From: a virus
Taxonomy: Duplodnaviria > Caudoviricetes
Direction: 5' to 3' (one strand)
Length of the DNA: 60,955 nt
IMG/VR virus record: IMGVR_UViG_3300042465_004842
Span: 1 to 60,955 of that record
Shown here: positions 8,662-19,014 of the stretch, one piece after another
How the letters are laid out: each line of letters starts with the position of its first letter
How positions within the stretch are numbered: the first letter of the stretch is position 1
Position numbers and translations under genes: made by a program
The notes under the pieces: generated by a model
What the model saw: only the letters and a program-made list of their open reading frames with translations
Told to the model about the DNA's origin: nothing
Database searches by the model: none

Positions 8662-11088
8662 ATGAAAGAAGAAATTCTAAAGCGCGACATGTTCGCAATG
8701 CCTTTGTCCAGTAAATCAAAGAACACTGGGATAATGCAGGGCTTTGAGGATATGGAAGATACTTCCGTAGAAGAGATGCCGCCTATGGCGCGTGTGCCAC
8801 AGAATCCAGAGATTCTGATGAATAACCTTCGTGGTGACATCCGCTCTGTCGATGCGCGGTACATGGAACTTGCCCAGATGGTTGGTGAGCAGGCAGCGAT
8901 GGATACGCCGCCTGAGGTGCTGGCAATGTTGCAAATGCAGATGGCACAGCCTCCTTCACCTCCTGCAGGAGTTCCTCCTGAGCAGCCTCCTCAAATGGGT
9001 ATGCCTCCTGATATGGGTATGCAAGGAGGTATTGGTGCATTACCACAAGCTGCAGGTATGATGCCGCCCGGCATGGAGGGTGCTCCCCCTTTTCCGGTCG
9101 GGGCTAACGGAGCCCCGCCAACCCCAGATGGTCTACCCCCAGAACGTGCTGCATTAGGTAAGTTTATTTCTGGCGCGGCTCGTTATGGTAGTGACATAGC
9201 TGAAGGCGCACGGACCATGGGCAGGAGTGCCTATGAAGCAGGCTCTGATGCTGTTAGAGCAGCAGACCGTTTCTTAGGTGATACCTTTGCTCGTCCATAC
9301 ATGGACCTTGGCCCGATGACACAAGATGGTCGTCGTTTGGTTGGTCAAGGCAGAGACGACATTGTGATGCAGCAGCCTAATATGTTTACTCCTGTCACTC
9401 CAGTGCCGGGAGAAGGTAGTCGCTTGCGTGGTTTAAATACTATGGATCTTCGTAATCCTACGTTTAGCGAAGCTATTGGCGCTGGTATGCGCATGAATCC
9501 TAAGGGCTTTATAGGTGGCACAGCATTGGCTACGGCCCCTTATACAGCAGAGCTTGCGGGTGATATTGCAAATCGTCTTTCAAAGACAGCAGACAAACGC
9601 TCTGGGGCTGAGTCTCAAGTAGATCTAATCCCGGGCCAAGGTCCGGTGCTCACGGACCCAATGGGCAGACCTATTCGTCAGGGTGAAGCGTTCATGCCTG
9701 CGAATGAAACAATTAATAAGGTAATGCGTGAGCCTTCTGCTATTTCTACGGCTCCTGTCATGCCTGCGATGGAAGAGAAGAAGCCAGAAGAGACGGTTAT
9801 TCAACCGCCTGCGGAAGAACTTACCAATAAATTTATCAAAGAAAAATTAGCAGAGCCCGTAAAGACAAAAGCACAACGTATCAAAGAAGAATACGCTGGC
9901 TTAGAACCAATGTTCACAGAAATCCTTGGCAGTGATAAGGATAGTATGCGCATGAACGCATTGCTTTTGTTGTCTGATGCAGGCTTTAAATTAGCTTCTA
10001 CATACAAACCTACGGCAGCGATGGCGGTAGGTGAGGCATTGTCTGGATTACCTAAGGGTATGGCAGCACTGGCAGCACAAGCTCGTCAAAATGGCATTCA
10101 GCTTAAATCGGCTGCGTTACAACAAGCTGTCAACAATATCAATCTGCAAGACAAGTTTGCGCTTGATCTGCAGTTGGCTAATACTAAGGGCGCATGGAAG
10201 TTGAAAGACACCATGCTCAATAAAGACTTTGAGTTGCAGAAGACTATTGCACTAGAAGGTGGCTCTGTTTTAGAAGACGGTGGCATGGGCCTTCGTGTTC
10301 AAAAAACAAAGAAGGGCTCGTTCCTCGGTACTAGTATCGATCCGAATGACCCAGCATATACCTCTGCCGTTAAGAGTAACTTTACCTTACGTCCAACAGA
10401 TAATCCGTTTGTTGAATGGCGTGGTCAAGCACCTACTACTGTTGAAACAGACAAAGCAGAGCGCGTTAAATTAGGTAACACAATGCGCTCACTAGATAAT
10501 AGTCTGCAGACATTGCAGAACCTGAAGGGATCGTATGCAGGAGCCTATAGCCCCGGCACGTGGTTCACGGACAAGGTTAATAACATATTTGTTCCTATTT
10601 CTGGTGGCTTGATTCGTCCTGATGTAAATCAACAAGACGTAAGCACTCGTATTAGCACTGGCATGAATCAAATCATGAAGAGTATTGCTTCAGCTAATGA
10701 TAGCGGTCGTGTAGCGGTACAAGAGCAAGAATGGGCACGTGAGACAGCAAAAGGCATCAACGATCCTACGGCGTTTTTTGCCAATAAAGAGTTGGCTGCA
10801 AAGCAGTTCAACAGCATGGAAGCTATGCTGCGTAATGCTCGTCAAAATGTATTGACTCAACTGGGTTACATTGATCAAGATTACGTAATGAATACGCCAA
10901 GCACTGGCACACAAAGTGATCCGTTCGTCATCTCTGCTGACCCAGCTGAACAAAAACGTATGTTTACCTATTTGGGCTCGACCATTGGCATGGTTCAAGA
11001 TCCAAATGCTACTGTGTATATTCGTATGCCTAATGGTCGTGTTGATGCCTTTAACCCAACTCAATTGAGAAGCCTAGTCCAAAAATGA
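8662..11088 (+). CDS. Internal virion / ejection protein
   Basis: 808 aa, Pro/Met-rich N-terminus and helical C-terminus; position within the ejection cluster. Confidence 0.55.
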   Translation: MKEEILKRDMFAMPLSSKSKNTGIMQGFEDMEDTSVEEMPPMARVPQNPEILMNNLRGDIRSVDARYMELAQMVGEQAAMDTPPEVLAMLQMQMAQPPSPPAGVPPEQPPQMGMPPDMGMQGGIGALPQAAGMMPPGMEGAPPFPVGANGAPPTPDGLPPERAALGKFISGAARYGSDIAEGARTMGRSAYEAGSDAVRAADRFLGDTFARPYMDLGPMTQDGRRLVGQGRDDIVMQQPNMFTPVTPVPGEGSRLRGLNTMDLRNPTFSEAIGAGMRMNPKGFIGGTALATAPYTAELAGDIANRLSKTADKRSGAESQVDLIPGQGPVLTDPMGRPIRQGEAFMPANETINKVMREPSAISTAPVMPAMEEKKPEETVIQPPAEELTNKFIKEKLAEPVKTKAQRIKEEYAGLEPMFTEILGSDKDSMRMNALLLLSDAGFKLASTYKPTAAMAVGEALSGLPKGMAALAAQARQNGIQLKSAALQQAVNNINLQDKFALDLQLANTKGAWKLKDTMLNKDFELQKTIALEGGSVLEDGGMGLRVQKTKKGSFLGTSIDPNDPAYTSAVKSNFTLRPTDNPFVEWRGQAPTTVETDKAERVKLGNTMRSLDNSLQTLQNLKGSYAGAYSPGTWFTDKVNNIFVPISGGLIRPDVNQQDVSTRISTGMNQIMKSIASANDSGRVAVQEQEWARETAKGINDPTAFFANKELAAKQFNSMEAMLRNARQNVLTQLGYIDQDYVMNTPSTGTQSDPFVISADPAEQKRMFTYLGSTIGMVQDPNATVYIRMPNGRVDAFNPTQLRSLVQK

Positions 11089-14000
11089 CAACTCTGACGA
11101 ATGCGCGTGGGGAAGTAGTTGATATAACCACTGGAGAAGTAGTAGGTCGCACGGAAGGTGCGCCTACGGCTGTTGCTCCTCGCTCCGCCACTGCACCAGA
11201 TATTCAGACTGAAGGCACAGATCGATTAACGGGAGCGTTAAAGAATCTCTCGTGGGGTTTTAACTCTGCTTTGTTTGCATTACCAGATGTGGCTACTCGC
11301 GGCATTGGTAAAGCATTGGGCATGAATGAGAAAGAAGTCTTTACCCTTGGTAACTACTTCAACAAAGGTCAAGCTGCTCCACGTAACGTAGAAGAGCGTT
11401 ACTCTCGTGCTATTGGTGAAGGCATTGGCGGTACGATGCCTTTCACAGGTACGCTTGCTTACATTGCACGAACAAAGCCAATGGTTAGTGCTGTGCAAAG
11501 TGGAAAAATGATAGGTAAAGAATTTACTCCACAAAGCATACTCAAGGGTGTAGCTAACGACGCTATCAAGTTTGTTCAACAAAGCCCAAGACTTGCTGCA
11601 GCAATGGATGTTGCGTTTGGTGCAGGCTTTGAGACGATGCGTCAAGCAGTGAAAGAAAACGTAAGCGACGACAATCCAAACAAACAGTTGTATGAGCAGT
11701 TGTTGCCTACTGCGGCATTTGTTGGATTACCTATGGCTACAACAGTAATGCCTAGTGCGATACTCGGTAAGTTTGTAACTAACAAAGTCAGTGGTCTTAC
11801 ATCTGGATTAAAGCAGCTAGATGAAGAAGTAATGCAGGGGATACCAAAGTATTGGAATATCCCGGGCGTAAAACTTATTCCAAAAGTCCTACTAGCTAAC
11901 GCAGAAAGAAAACTCACTTCTGTGTTCGGTGACATACAAGCTAGTCCAGAAGCCCAAGCCGCGTTAAAAGAACTTGAGCGCGTAATGCAAGACCCACGTT
12001 TTGCAGAGGCAGGATTTACTCTTGACTTCACGCAGAAAACAATGAACCCAGCATTACTGCAAAAGCAGAATGCCGTTCTTGAACAACTTGGCCCTGCAGA
12101 GTTAAAGCTATACCGACAGCGTCAGAATGAAAACCAAGCTAAGTTTGATAAGCTGCTAGGTGGCATCGCGCCTGAAGCTAGACAACCTGTCATCGAAGCA
12201 TTCCAAGCAGCGCAAGCAGAACGTCAAAGCTTCTTTGATTCATTGCTGCAAGGTCAAAAGGATCTTACAGAGCAGGAACTTCTATCTATATCCGAGCGCC
12301 TCGGCCCTCAGAACATGGACATGATCAATAACGAACTACGTGGCGCGTTACAAGGCGCTATGGAGTTTGACTACAACATGCGTAAGAATGTTTTAAATCG
12401 CATGGGCCTGCGTCAAGGAACTACTCCTGAAGGACTTCCTGCAGCTACTCGCCAAGACGGTAAATCATTGTTCCCTGCACAAGACATGGAGACAATGGCA
12501 ACAGCGTTGATCAAAAAGTACACACCAGAACGCCCATCTATGCGCTCCAGTGTCCCTGAGCCTATTGCTTTGCTACAGCGCTTTGTTGAGACACAACAAG
12601 CTGCCCGAGCAAGGATGGAAAAGCAGATGGTCAAGCAACTCACTGACCAAGCTATTGAAGAACAAATCCTAGCCGCTGGATTACCAAAAGATATTGAAGA
12701 TGCGGTGCGCTCTTCCGTTACAGCTTTAATGCAGGGTAAGGGTGGCAAAGGAACTAAGCGCCGCGCAACTATTGCTGAGACAGCTAAGATGGATACAAAA
12801 GGCAATGTTACGTTGCCTACAGGTATCCCCGGCAAAAGCATTTCGTTTAACCCAACACAGATACAAGATGATGCTGCCCGTATAGCTAATGAAAACACAG
12901 GCATTAACATCAATCTTCCTGAAGCTTTGGATTATCTGTCTGCTGCTGCGCGTTATCGCAACGATACATTAAGTAGCTACAACGCTGCTATGTCCAAAGG
13001 CGCTACTCGCCTAACAGATGCACAGCGCCTGTTAGATAAGGGCTCTACGGTATACACCGACATAGAAAAACTGATCTTGGACCACGTGCCTAAGATCCGT
13101 ACCGAATACCAAGGCATGAAGAATGTCTTGTCTGATTACCGTGCAGGGTTTGAGCAGAACTTACCGCTGATCATGGCCCAACGAACAGGACGTGGTGATA
13201 CGTTCTTGTTAGGTAATGAACAGCTACTTCAAAAAGCATTTGCCAATGCAAACAATCTGCGCCAACTCCAAGTTAGCCTTGGTGGTACACCACAGTTTGA
13301 TGAGCTGCTTCTTAAAGGCACTGTTGATTGGCTCCGTAGCAAGAATGTTCTTGCGGCTGATGGAACAGTTGATCCTAAAAGAATACGTGCAGCATTAGAC
13401 AAGAATAAGAATATTGTCGAAGCATTGCCTGATGCTATTCAAGCCAAACTGCAAAACGAAGTTGCGCTTGCTGATGACTACGTCAAACGCATGGGCGAAC
13501 TAAATGATCGTCGCATGTTGGCAAAGAATGATGAGTTAGATCAGCTACTAAAAAAAGTAAGTAGACCTGATGCTGACCCAAGAAGCACGTTAGTCAAAGC
13601 AGTGGATGATCCAGCAACAATGCGTGTGTTGGTAAATGAGCTAGGAAAAGATCCTGAGAAGCTTGCTGCTCTGCGTCGCTCTGTGTTTGATCTGGCTGGA
13701 GAAGGTGCGCTGCAAGGCGGTGCGCTATCCAACTTCCTTACAAAGAATGAGAAGTCGTTATCTGTCTTGTTTAAAGACACCAAGCATCTGGAAGACTTAA
13801 AGAAGCTTGCTGATATACAGCGTCGCATTAATGCGTTCAAAGCAATTGGTGATGTTCCAAGCTTTGAATCTATGGATCAGTCTCTCAAACGCTTGTTTGG
13901 TATCGGTATTGGAGCAGCGAGTACTACGTATCGCGCTACAGCAGAGGGCCGACTTTCTCCTACTACGGCGCTTATTTCATTCTTGGTCCGCGCTACAGGA

Positions 14001-14504
14001 AACGTAGAAAACACGCTGTACAACAATATCTTCCGCCGTGCGATGGAAGATCCTAAGTTTGCTGCTGATCTCACTAGCATGAGCACTGCCCAACAGGCAC
14101 AAAAAGTCATGGCTGGGCTGGAGAAAATCGGTATCTATCGATCAATGCTGTTCAAGAGTCTTGGACGTGCTGGAGCGTTGGAGACTGGTCAGGCTGCGAT
14201 GAGCGGTCAAACAGCACCTATTGAAGGTATGCAGGAAAAACCTGTCGTGCCCCGCGGGACTTCTGCACGGGATATGCTGAGAAGCTTGCCTCCTGCGCCG
14301 CCTACCGTGGGCACTAGCATGGGTCCCGCCGCGGGACCTCGCCTACCTACGCAGCCTGCGCGTCCTATTGGGAATACTAATCTGTCCAACATGCAGATGA
14401 TGTACCCAGCGATGTTCCCAAATGATCCAATTAGCGGGATACTGGAGCAACGCCGTAGGCAATTAGAGCAGATGCAACAACCTCCACAACAAGTTCCTCA
14501 ATAA
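11085..14504 (+). CDS. Large internal virion / ejection protein
   Basis: 1139 aa, helical, C-terminal 'YPAMFPNDPIS'; last gene of the ejection cluster. Confidence 0.6.
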   Translation: MTTLTNARGEVVDITTGEVVGRTEGAPTAVAPRSATAPDIQTEGTDRLTGALKNLSWGFNSALFALPDVATRGIGKALGMNEKEVFTLGNYFNKGQAAPRNVEERYSRAIGEGIGGTMPFTGTLAYIARTKPMVSAVQSGKMIGKEFTPQSILKGVANDAIKFVQQSPRLAAAMDVAFGAGFETMRQAVKENVSDDNPNKQLYEQLLPTAAFVGLPMATTVMPSAILGKFVTNKVSGLTSGLKQLDEEVMQGIPKYWNIPGVKLIPKVLLANAERKLTSVFGDIQASPEAQAALKELERVMQDPRFAEAGFTLDFTQKTMNPALLQKQNAVLEQLGPAELKLYRQRQNENQAKFDKLLGGIAPEARQPVIEAFQAAQAERQSFFDSLLQGQKDLTEQELLSISERLGPQNMDMINNELRGALQGAMEFDYNMRKNVLNRMGLRQGTTPEGLPAATRQDGKSLFPAQDMETMATALIKKYTPERPSMRSSVPEPIALLQRFVETQQAARARMEKQMVKQLTDQAIEEQILAAGLPKDIEDAVRSSVTALMQGKGGKGTKRRATIAETAKMDTKGNVTLPTGIPGKSISFNPTQIQDDAARIANENTGININLPEALDYLSAAARYRNDTLSSYNAAMSKGATRLTDAQRLLDKGSTVYTDIEKLILDHVPKIRTEYQGMKNVLSDYRAGFEQNLPLIMAQRTGRGDTFLLGNEQLLQKAFANANNLRQLQVSLGGTPQFDELLLKGTVDWLRSKNVLAADGTVDPKRIRAALDKNKNIVEALPDAIQAKLQNEVALADDYVKRMGELNDRRMLAKNDELDQLLKKVSRPDADPRSTLVKAVDDPATMRVLVNELGKDPEKLAALRRSVFDLAGEGALQGGALSNFLTKNEKSLSVLFKDTKHLEDLKKLADIQRRINAFKAIGDVPSFESMDQSLKRLFGIGIGAASTTYRATAEGRLSPTTALISFLVRATGNVENTLYNNIFRRAMEDPKFAADLTSMSTAQQAQKVMAGLEKIGIYRSMLFKSLGRAGALETGQAAMSGQTAPIEGMQEKPVVPRGTSARDMLRSLPPAPPTVGTSMGPAAGPRLPTQPARPIGNTNLSNMQMMYPAMFPNDPISGILEQRRRQLEQMQQPPQQVPQ

Positions 14505-14507
14505 ATT

Positions 14508-14762
14508 ATGGCTAAGACTCCTGCATGGACTCGCAAAGAAGGGAAAAGCCCCAAGGGTGGATTAAACGCCAAAGGACGGGCATCCTACAACGCAGCCAAT
14601 CCGGGGAAACCCGGATTGAAGCCCCCTCAACCAGAAGGCGGAGCGCGGAAGAAGTCTTTTTGCGCGAGGATGACGGGGTTGAAAAAGAAATTGACCAGCG
14701 AAAAAACAGCTAACGATCCCAATAGCCGCGTAAATAAAGCTTTGAAGAAATGGAAATGTTGA
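14508..14762 (+). CDS. Small basic phage protein (DUF6321-like)
   Basis: MAKTPAWTRKEGKSPKGGLNAKGRASYN...SFCARM...KKWKC. Confidence 0.75.
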   Translation: MAKTPAWTRKEGKSPKGGLNAKGRASYNAANPGKPGLKPPQPEGGARKKSFCARMTGLKKKLTSEKTANDPNSRVNKALKKWKC

Positions 14763-14801
14763 TACGATAGAGTTTCTCGCACGTCGTCTTCCTCCGGCGA
14801 C

Positions 14802-15503
14802 TTACAGGGCTGGCATGATGTCAGCCCTCTTTTTTTCAAACTCCTCCACACGCTGCATCCACATGTCTTGGTAGTTTAAAAACTCCCTGCCACAGGTTAT
14901 GAACTCCTGCACTTCCCCGTTTTGAGCAACCATCATGATCACGCCATGCTCTATCTTCGTTTTATGCACCTCGTTGTGAGCGGTGGCGTAAGCTGCTAAC
15001 TGGATGAAATAGTCCTCGATCCAATCCCTACGCTTCATCTTATTGGTCTGTTTGAAGTCCAAAATGCTTGGACTATCCTTGTAGACTGCCACGCAATCGG
15101 TAGTTCCTGCATAACGGCCCGGGTAGTACAAAGGAACTTCCGCGCCCCATACCTCTTGCACATGCGGGAAGAAGTGCTCGATCAAGGCATAGCCCATGCG
15201 GTAGCCCTTGACTTGCAGCCATGTACGGGGTGGATCCAATGGGCGGTTCAAAAGTAATCGTTCGACTACACCGTGCATGTGCGTACCCACTGTCGCAGCG
15301 TCATTTCTGATGCGCTCTGCCTCTTCTTCCCCGACACGCCTCACCCATTCATCCAAATGCGTTTTGTCCTTGGTTGCGGACAGAATGGTGGTAACGCTAG
15401 GCATATGCCCAATTTCATCGCTTTTGTATACACGTCCGTCAGATGTGTCGATTCTTTCGAGTTTTTGGTACTTGTACTTCTTTCTGATGGGTATTAATTG
15501 CAT
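14802..15503 (-). CDS. PD-(D/E)XK exonuclease
   Basis: MPSVTTIL, GTHMH, E..LY....YAGTTD, ILDFKQT, QLAAYA. Confidence 0.88.
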   Translation of the reverse strand: MQLIPIRKKYKYQKLERIDTSDGRVYKSDEIGHMPSVTTILSATKDKTHLDEWVRRVGEEEAERIRNDAATVGTHMHGVVERLLLNRPLDPPRTWLQVKGYRMGYALIEHFFPHVQEVWGAEVPLYYPGRYAGTTDCVAVYKDSPSILDFKQTNKMKRRDWIEDYFIQLAAYATAHNEVHKTKIEHGVIMMVAQNGEVQEFITCGREFLNYQDMWMQRVEEFEKKRADIMPAL

Positions 15504-15533
15504 TATTTTTTCTTTCTGTTAGCTACAGGCTCA

Positions 15534-16991
15534 CTATATGAGCCAGTCTTTAAGTTTTTCTCCGAGTACTTGTCCAGCAATATTGATCTTGTTCCTTAGT
15601 GCTTTGACAATATGCTCGTCTACGGTTTTGGGTGTAATCAGGTCTATATATGTTACTTTTTCAGTCTGCCCGATACGATGAGCGCGGTCCTCGGACTGCA
15701 GGCGTTTCTCTAGGTCAAAGCTGTTGCTGTAGTAGATGACGGTGTGTGATGAAACTAGGGTCAGGCCATAGCCGCCAGTGGTTGGATTTCCTACAAAGAA
15801 GCGTAAATTACTGGAAGGGTCAGAAAACTTATCTACAATTTCTTGCCTATCCTCCGCAGCGGTATCCCCGAAATACGTTGCTACGCTTTCCATTCCGTAC
15901 TCTTTCTGAATGGCAAGTTTAATATCCTGAATATTTTTTCTGTAATTGGCCCAAATAATAACTTTACCGCTGGCCTCCGCCAGTAGCGACATTAGTTCAT
16001 TTACGCGGTTGTTTGGCAGGTCAATTTCCTGCCCATCGTCCAATTTAACGTAGCCACAGGTTATCTGATGCAGCCGCATTAGCTGGGTTAGTGCGTTGTT
16101 TGTGGACACAATCCCCTGATCTAGGACAGATAACGCCATCAGTTTCATCTGGTCGTAGGCCTTTTTCTGCTCGTCAGTGAGCTCTACATCGCGCCTTAAA
16201 TAGATCTTATCGGGCAAATCAAGACATTCCTCTTTGGTAACACGGAAGGAAAAGTCATCCAACTTTGCCTTCAGTTCGTCCAAGTGCCGATAACCGACAA
16301 CCTGCTTAAACGTATGGGTAGCCATTTTCCGCTCTACGAGGATCCCGTACCGCGACTGAAACGTATAAAAACTGTTAAATCCAAGGCAATCTGGGCCCAA
16401 AAACTCGCACTGGGAGTACAAATCCAATGGGCTTTTAGTCACAGGAGAACCAGTAGCTATGCGCTTGTAGTGCGCATCCTTGCCTACTTTGATAATGCTC
16501 TTGGTCCGCTTTGCCGTGTGGTTTTTGATGGTAGTAGACTCATCCACCGCCATCATGGCATTGGTTATACGCAAAAATACCTTGGCAAACTGCTGCCCCT
16601 TGTCTGTGCTAAACGCCTCGATATTCATGATCAAAATCCTGAGATCATCTACCGCATTTAGCATCGCATCCATCTCTACTTTCTCTGCTTTCTTTGGGTT
16701 CGGATTCCAACACGCCATCTGATACTTTACGTGATCAGGCATGTGCTTGGGTATCTCCGACTTATACCAGTTACGATATACGCCCTTCGGGGCCACAATA
16801 AGCAAAGCATCTATGCGTCCCTTGTCATAGAGCATAGCTGCGTTGTTGATGAGCATGAAGCTCTTACCTGTTCCCATCTCAGCGAGAACAGCTACGTTTT
16901 TATCTTCCCAGAACCGCTGTAGGTACGCACCTTGGTGTACAAACGGTTTGTTCTTAAACGGATATCTATCAATAAAATAATTATTTTCCAT
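15534..16991 (-). CDS. SNF2-family (SF2) helicase
   Basis: EMGTGKS, VDES, ATGSP, GGYGLTL, QSEDRAHRIGQ; start placed at 16991, after AGAAAGGAAG. Confidence 0.92.
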   Translation of the reverse strand: MENNYFIDRYPFKNKPFVHQGAYLQRFWEDKNVAVLAEMGTGKSFMLINNAAMLYDKGRIDALLIVAPKGVYRNWYKSEIPKHMPDHVKYQMACWNPNPKKAEKVEMDAMLNAVDDLRILIMNIEAFSTDKGQQFAKVFLRITNAMMAVDESTTIKNHTAKRTKSIIKVGKDAHYKRIATGSPVTKSPLDLYSQCEFLGPDCLGFNSFYTFQSRYGILVERKMATHTFKQVVGYRHLDELKAKLDDFSFRVTKEECLDLPDKIYLRRDVELTDEQKKAYDQMKLMALSVLDQGIVSTNNALTQLMRLHQITCGYVKLDDGQEIDLPNNRVNELMSLLAEASGKVIIWANYRKNIQDIKLAIQKEYGMESVATYFGDTAAEDRQEIVDKFSDPSSNLRFFVGNPTTGGYGLTLVSSHTVIYYSNSFDLEKRLQSEDRAHRIGQTEKVTYIDLITPKTVDEHIVKALRNKINIAGQVLGEKLKDWLI

Positions 16992-17011
16992 CTTTCTTCC
17001 TTTCTTTAAAA

Positions 17012-17045
17012 CAGGTGTTGACAACCTGAATTTTTATTGTACACT
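17012..17045 (+). promoter_or_regulatory. Sigma70-like promoter for the replication operon, with an inverted repeat over the -35
   Basis: TTGACA 17018-23, 16-bp spacer, TACACT 17040-45; CAGGT/ACCTG flank the -35. Confidence 0.6.
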
Positions 17046-17076
17046 CTGTTCTCACATTTAGAAAGGAGAAATAAAG

Positions 17077-17406
17077 ATGTCCGTAGTTTATGTTGTTCAG
17101 GAAATGCCTAACCACGATATTTCTGGTGCTATGCGCTATGGCAAGATTGAGGTTTTGCTCCCAGCAAATACTCAGATTGCTTTTTCAACAGCCCCAGCTA
17201 TCCGCAGGTTACGCCGTAAACTGATGAATTTCAGTGATACTGATTTTCTTTTGTTAACCGGAGATCCTGTGGCTATCGGTTTGGTCTGTTCGATAGCATC
17301 TTTCAATAACGGAGGTCGTTTTACTACGTTAAAATGGGACCGTCGGGAAAAGCTGTACATCCCGATTAAATTAGACGCAACCGAGAATGGAGAAAGTGAT
17401 GACTGA
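17077..17406 (+). CDS. Hypothetical phage protein
   Basis: AGAAAGGAG RBS; 'DFLLLTGDPVAIG' motif. Confidence 0.75.
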   Translation: MSVVYVVQEMPNHDISGAMRYGKIEVLLPANTQIAFSTAPAIRRLRRKLMNFSDTDFLLLTGDPVAIGLVCSIASFNNGGRFTTLKWDRREKLYIPIKLDATENGESDD

Positions 17407-17956
17407 TATTCAATCCCTCTTTGAAGAGGACGCAGGTGCTTTGCAGGTCAAGAACGAAGACCTGACTGATGTAGGTTCTTTGGCTAAACGCGCAAAAGAA
17501 CTAGAGAAAGAAATACTTGATCTGGAAGATACGTTGAGTGAGCGCAAGCAACAACAGCGCAAACTCTTAGAGGAAACTATTCCTGCGATGCTGCAAGAGC
17601 TTGGTATGCGTAAGTTCACCATGGCTGATGGCAGCACCATCGAGGTCAAGCCTTTTTACTCTGCAAGCATTAAAGAAGAAAATCGTGCTGTTGCTTACGA
17701 GTGGCTTCGTAGCAATGGTTATGACGACATCATCAAGAACACAGTGTCAGTCCGCTTTGGTCGTAACGAGGACACGCTCTGTGCTAAATTGATCGATGGT
17801 TTGCGTGAGCAAAACTACCCTGTTGAGCAATCGCAAAAGATAGAACCCCAGACATTAAAAGCTTGGGTGAAAGATATGATCGAACGTGGCGTTGAGTTTC
17901 CTAGCGAAACCTTTGGCGTGTACGCAGGTCATAAAGCAACAATCAAGTCCACTTAA
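17399..17956 (+). CDS. Hypothetical replication-module protein (coiled coil plus beta domain)
   Basis: 'IPAMLQELG', 'WLRSNGYDDIIKN', 'IEPQTLKAWVK'; start 17399 after GGAGA. Confidence 0.7.
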   Translation: MTDIQSLFEEDAGALQVKNEDLTDVGSLAKRAKELEKEILDLEDTLSERKQQQRKLLEETIPAMLQELGMRKFTMADGSTIEVKPFYSASIKEENRAVAYEWLRSNGYDDIIKNTVSVRFGRNEDTLCAKLIDGLREQNYPVEQSQKIEPQTLKAWVKDMIERGVEFPSETFGVYAGHKATIKST

Positions 17957-17972
17957 TCAAGGAGAAAGAACC

Positions 17973-18746
17973 ATGGCAAAAACAGACGTAGCAGTTAAAG
18001 GCACTACCGCAGTAGCTCTTGCAACTAGCTTTGAACAAGACGTTGCGATGGGCGGCTTTGACAACATGAATCAGGAAGACTTTGCACTTCCGTTTCTACG
18101 TTTACTTACGAACACCAGCCCAGAAATCGGTGAGATCGAAGGTGCTATACCGGGCATGATTTACAACACAGTTACAGGACAGCTTTACGATGGTAAAAAA
18201 GGCATCACCGTTATCCCCTGCGCCTACGTACGACAGTACATTGAATGGGCTCCCCGGGGCAGTGGTACAGGAGCACCCGTTACTATTTATCCCGCAACGA
18301 GTGACATCCTGTCGCGAACCCATCGTGAGCCGGGCGATAACAAAGATTATCTGGACAACGGTAACTACATTGAAAACACAGCCAATCATTACGTGATGGT
18401 TGTTAGTGACGATGAGATTCCAGAGCCAGCATTGGTTACCATGAAGTCAACGCAATTGAAGAAGTCACGCAAGTGGAATTCAATGATGCAATCAGCGCGG
18501 CTCATGGGCCAGAATGGTCCATACACGCCACCTATGTTCTCGCATACGTATCGTTTGACTACTCAGGCAGAATCGAATGACAAGGGCAAGTGGTTTGGCT
18601 GGGAAATCGAGCGCATCGGCCCTATCGACAACATGTCTTTGTACTCTGCTGCTAAGAGCTTTGCCACTAGCATTAACTCTGGTGATGTGACTGTAAAGCA
18701 CACTACTGAAGATGCAATGGATCAAGGTAAAGGCGTTCCCTTTTAA
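17973..18746 (+). CDS. Putative single-stranded DNA-binding protein
   Basis: 'QEDFALPFL', 'YIEW', 'MKSTQLKKSRKWNSMM', acidic tail ending in PF; AAGGAG RBS. Confidence 0.6.
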   Translation: MAKTDVAVKGTTAVALATSFEQDVAMGGFDNMNQEDFALPFLRLLTNTSPEIGEIEGAIPGMIYNTVTGQLYDGKKGITVIPCAYVRQYIEWAPRGSGTGAPVTIYPATSDILSRTHREPGDNKDYLDNGNYIENTANHYVMVVSDDEIPEPALVTMKSTQLKKSRKWNSMMQSARLMGQNGPYTPPMFSHTYRLTTQAESNDKGKWFGWEIERIGPIDNMSLYSAAKSFATSINSGDVTVKHTTEDAMDQGKGVPF

Positions 18747-18752
18747 GTTGAC

Positions 18753-18972
18753 GGGGAAAAGCGGATGCTGGTTACAAGTGAAGATACAGATCGGTTCGCT
18801 GATTGATTTTTTGCGCCAGACGCAGCGAGTACCCCACCAGAATCGGCATGGGCTAATAAACGAGCATCAACACATGCGCTGGATAATCGTAACCAGCACT
18901 AAGACGTAAGGGCAGGCCAGAGGGTGATAGTGGCATATTGCACACAGCCAATCGCGAATGCAACCTGCCCTT
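18753..18972 (+). ncRNA. Candidate structured RNA cluster (three consecutive stem-loop domains)
   Basis: GGGG..CTGG/CCAG..GAGTACCCC-ACCA; GCATG/CATGC plus GCTGG/CCAGC; AAGGGCAGG/CCTGCCCTT; all within a 268-bp intergenic gap. Confidence 0.5.
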
Positions 18973-19014
18973 TCGTGTTTGTTAATGCGTACAACTTTTT
19001 TCGAGACATAGAGA

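Noticed and set aside
18753-18839. tRNA gene
   Set aside because: It ends in ACCA but has no 7-bp acceptor stem, D arm or TTCRA T-loop; kept as a generic structured RNA candidate.
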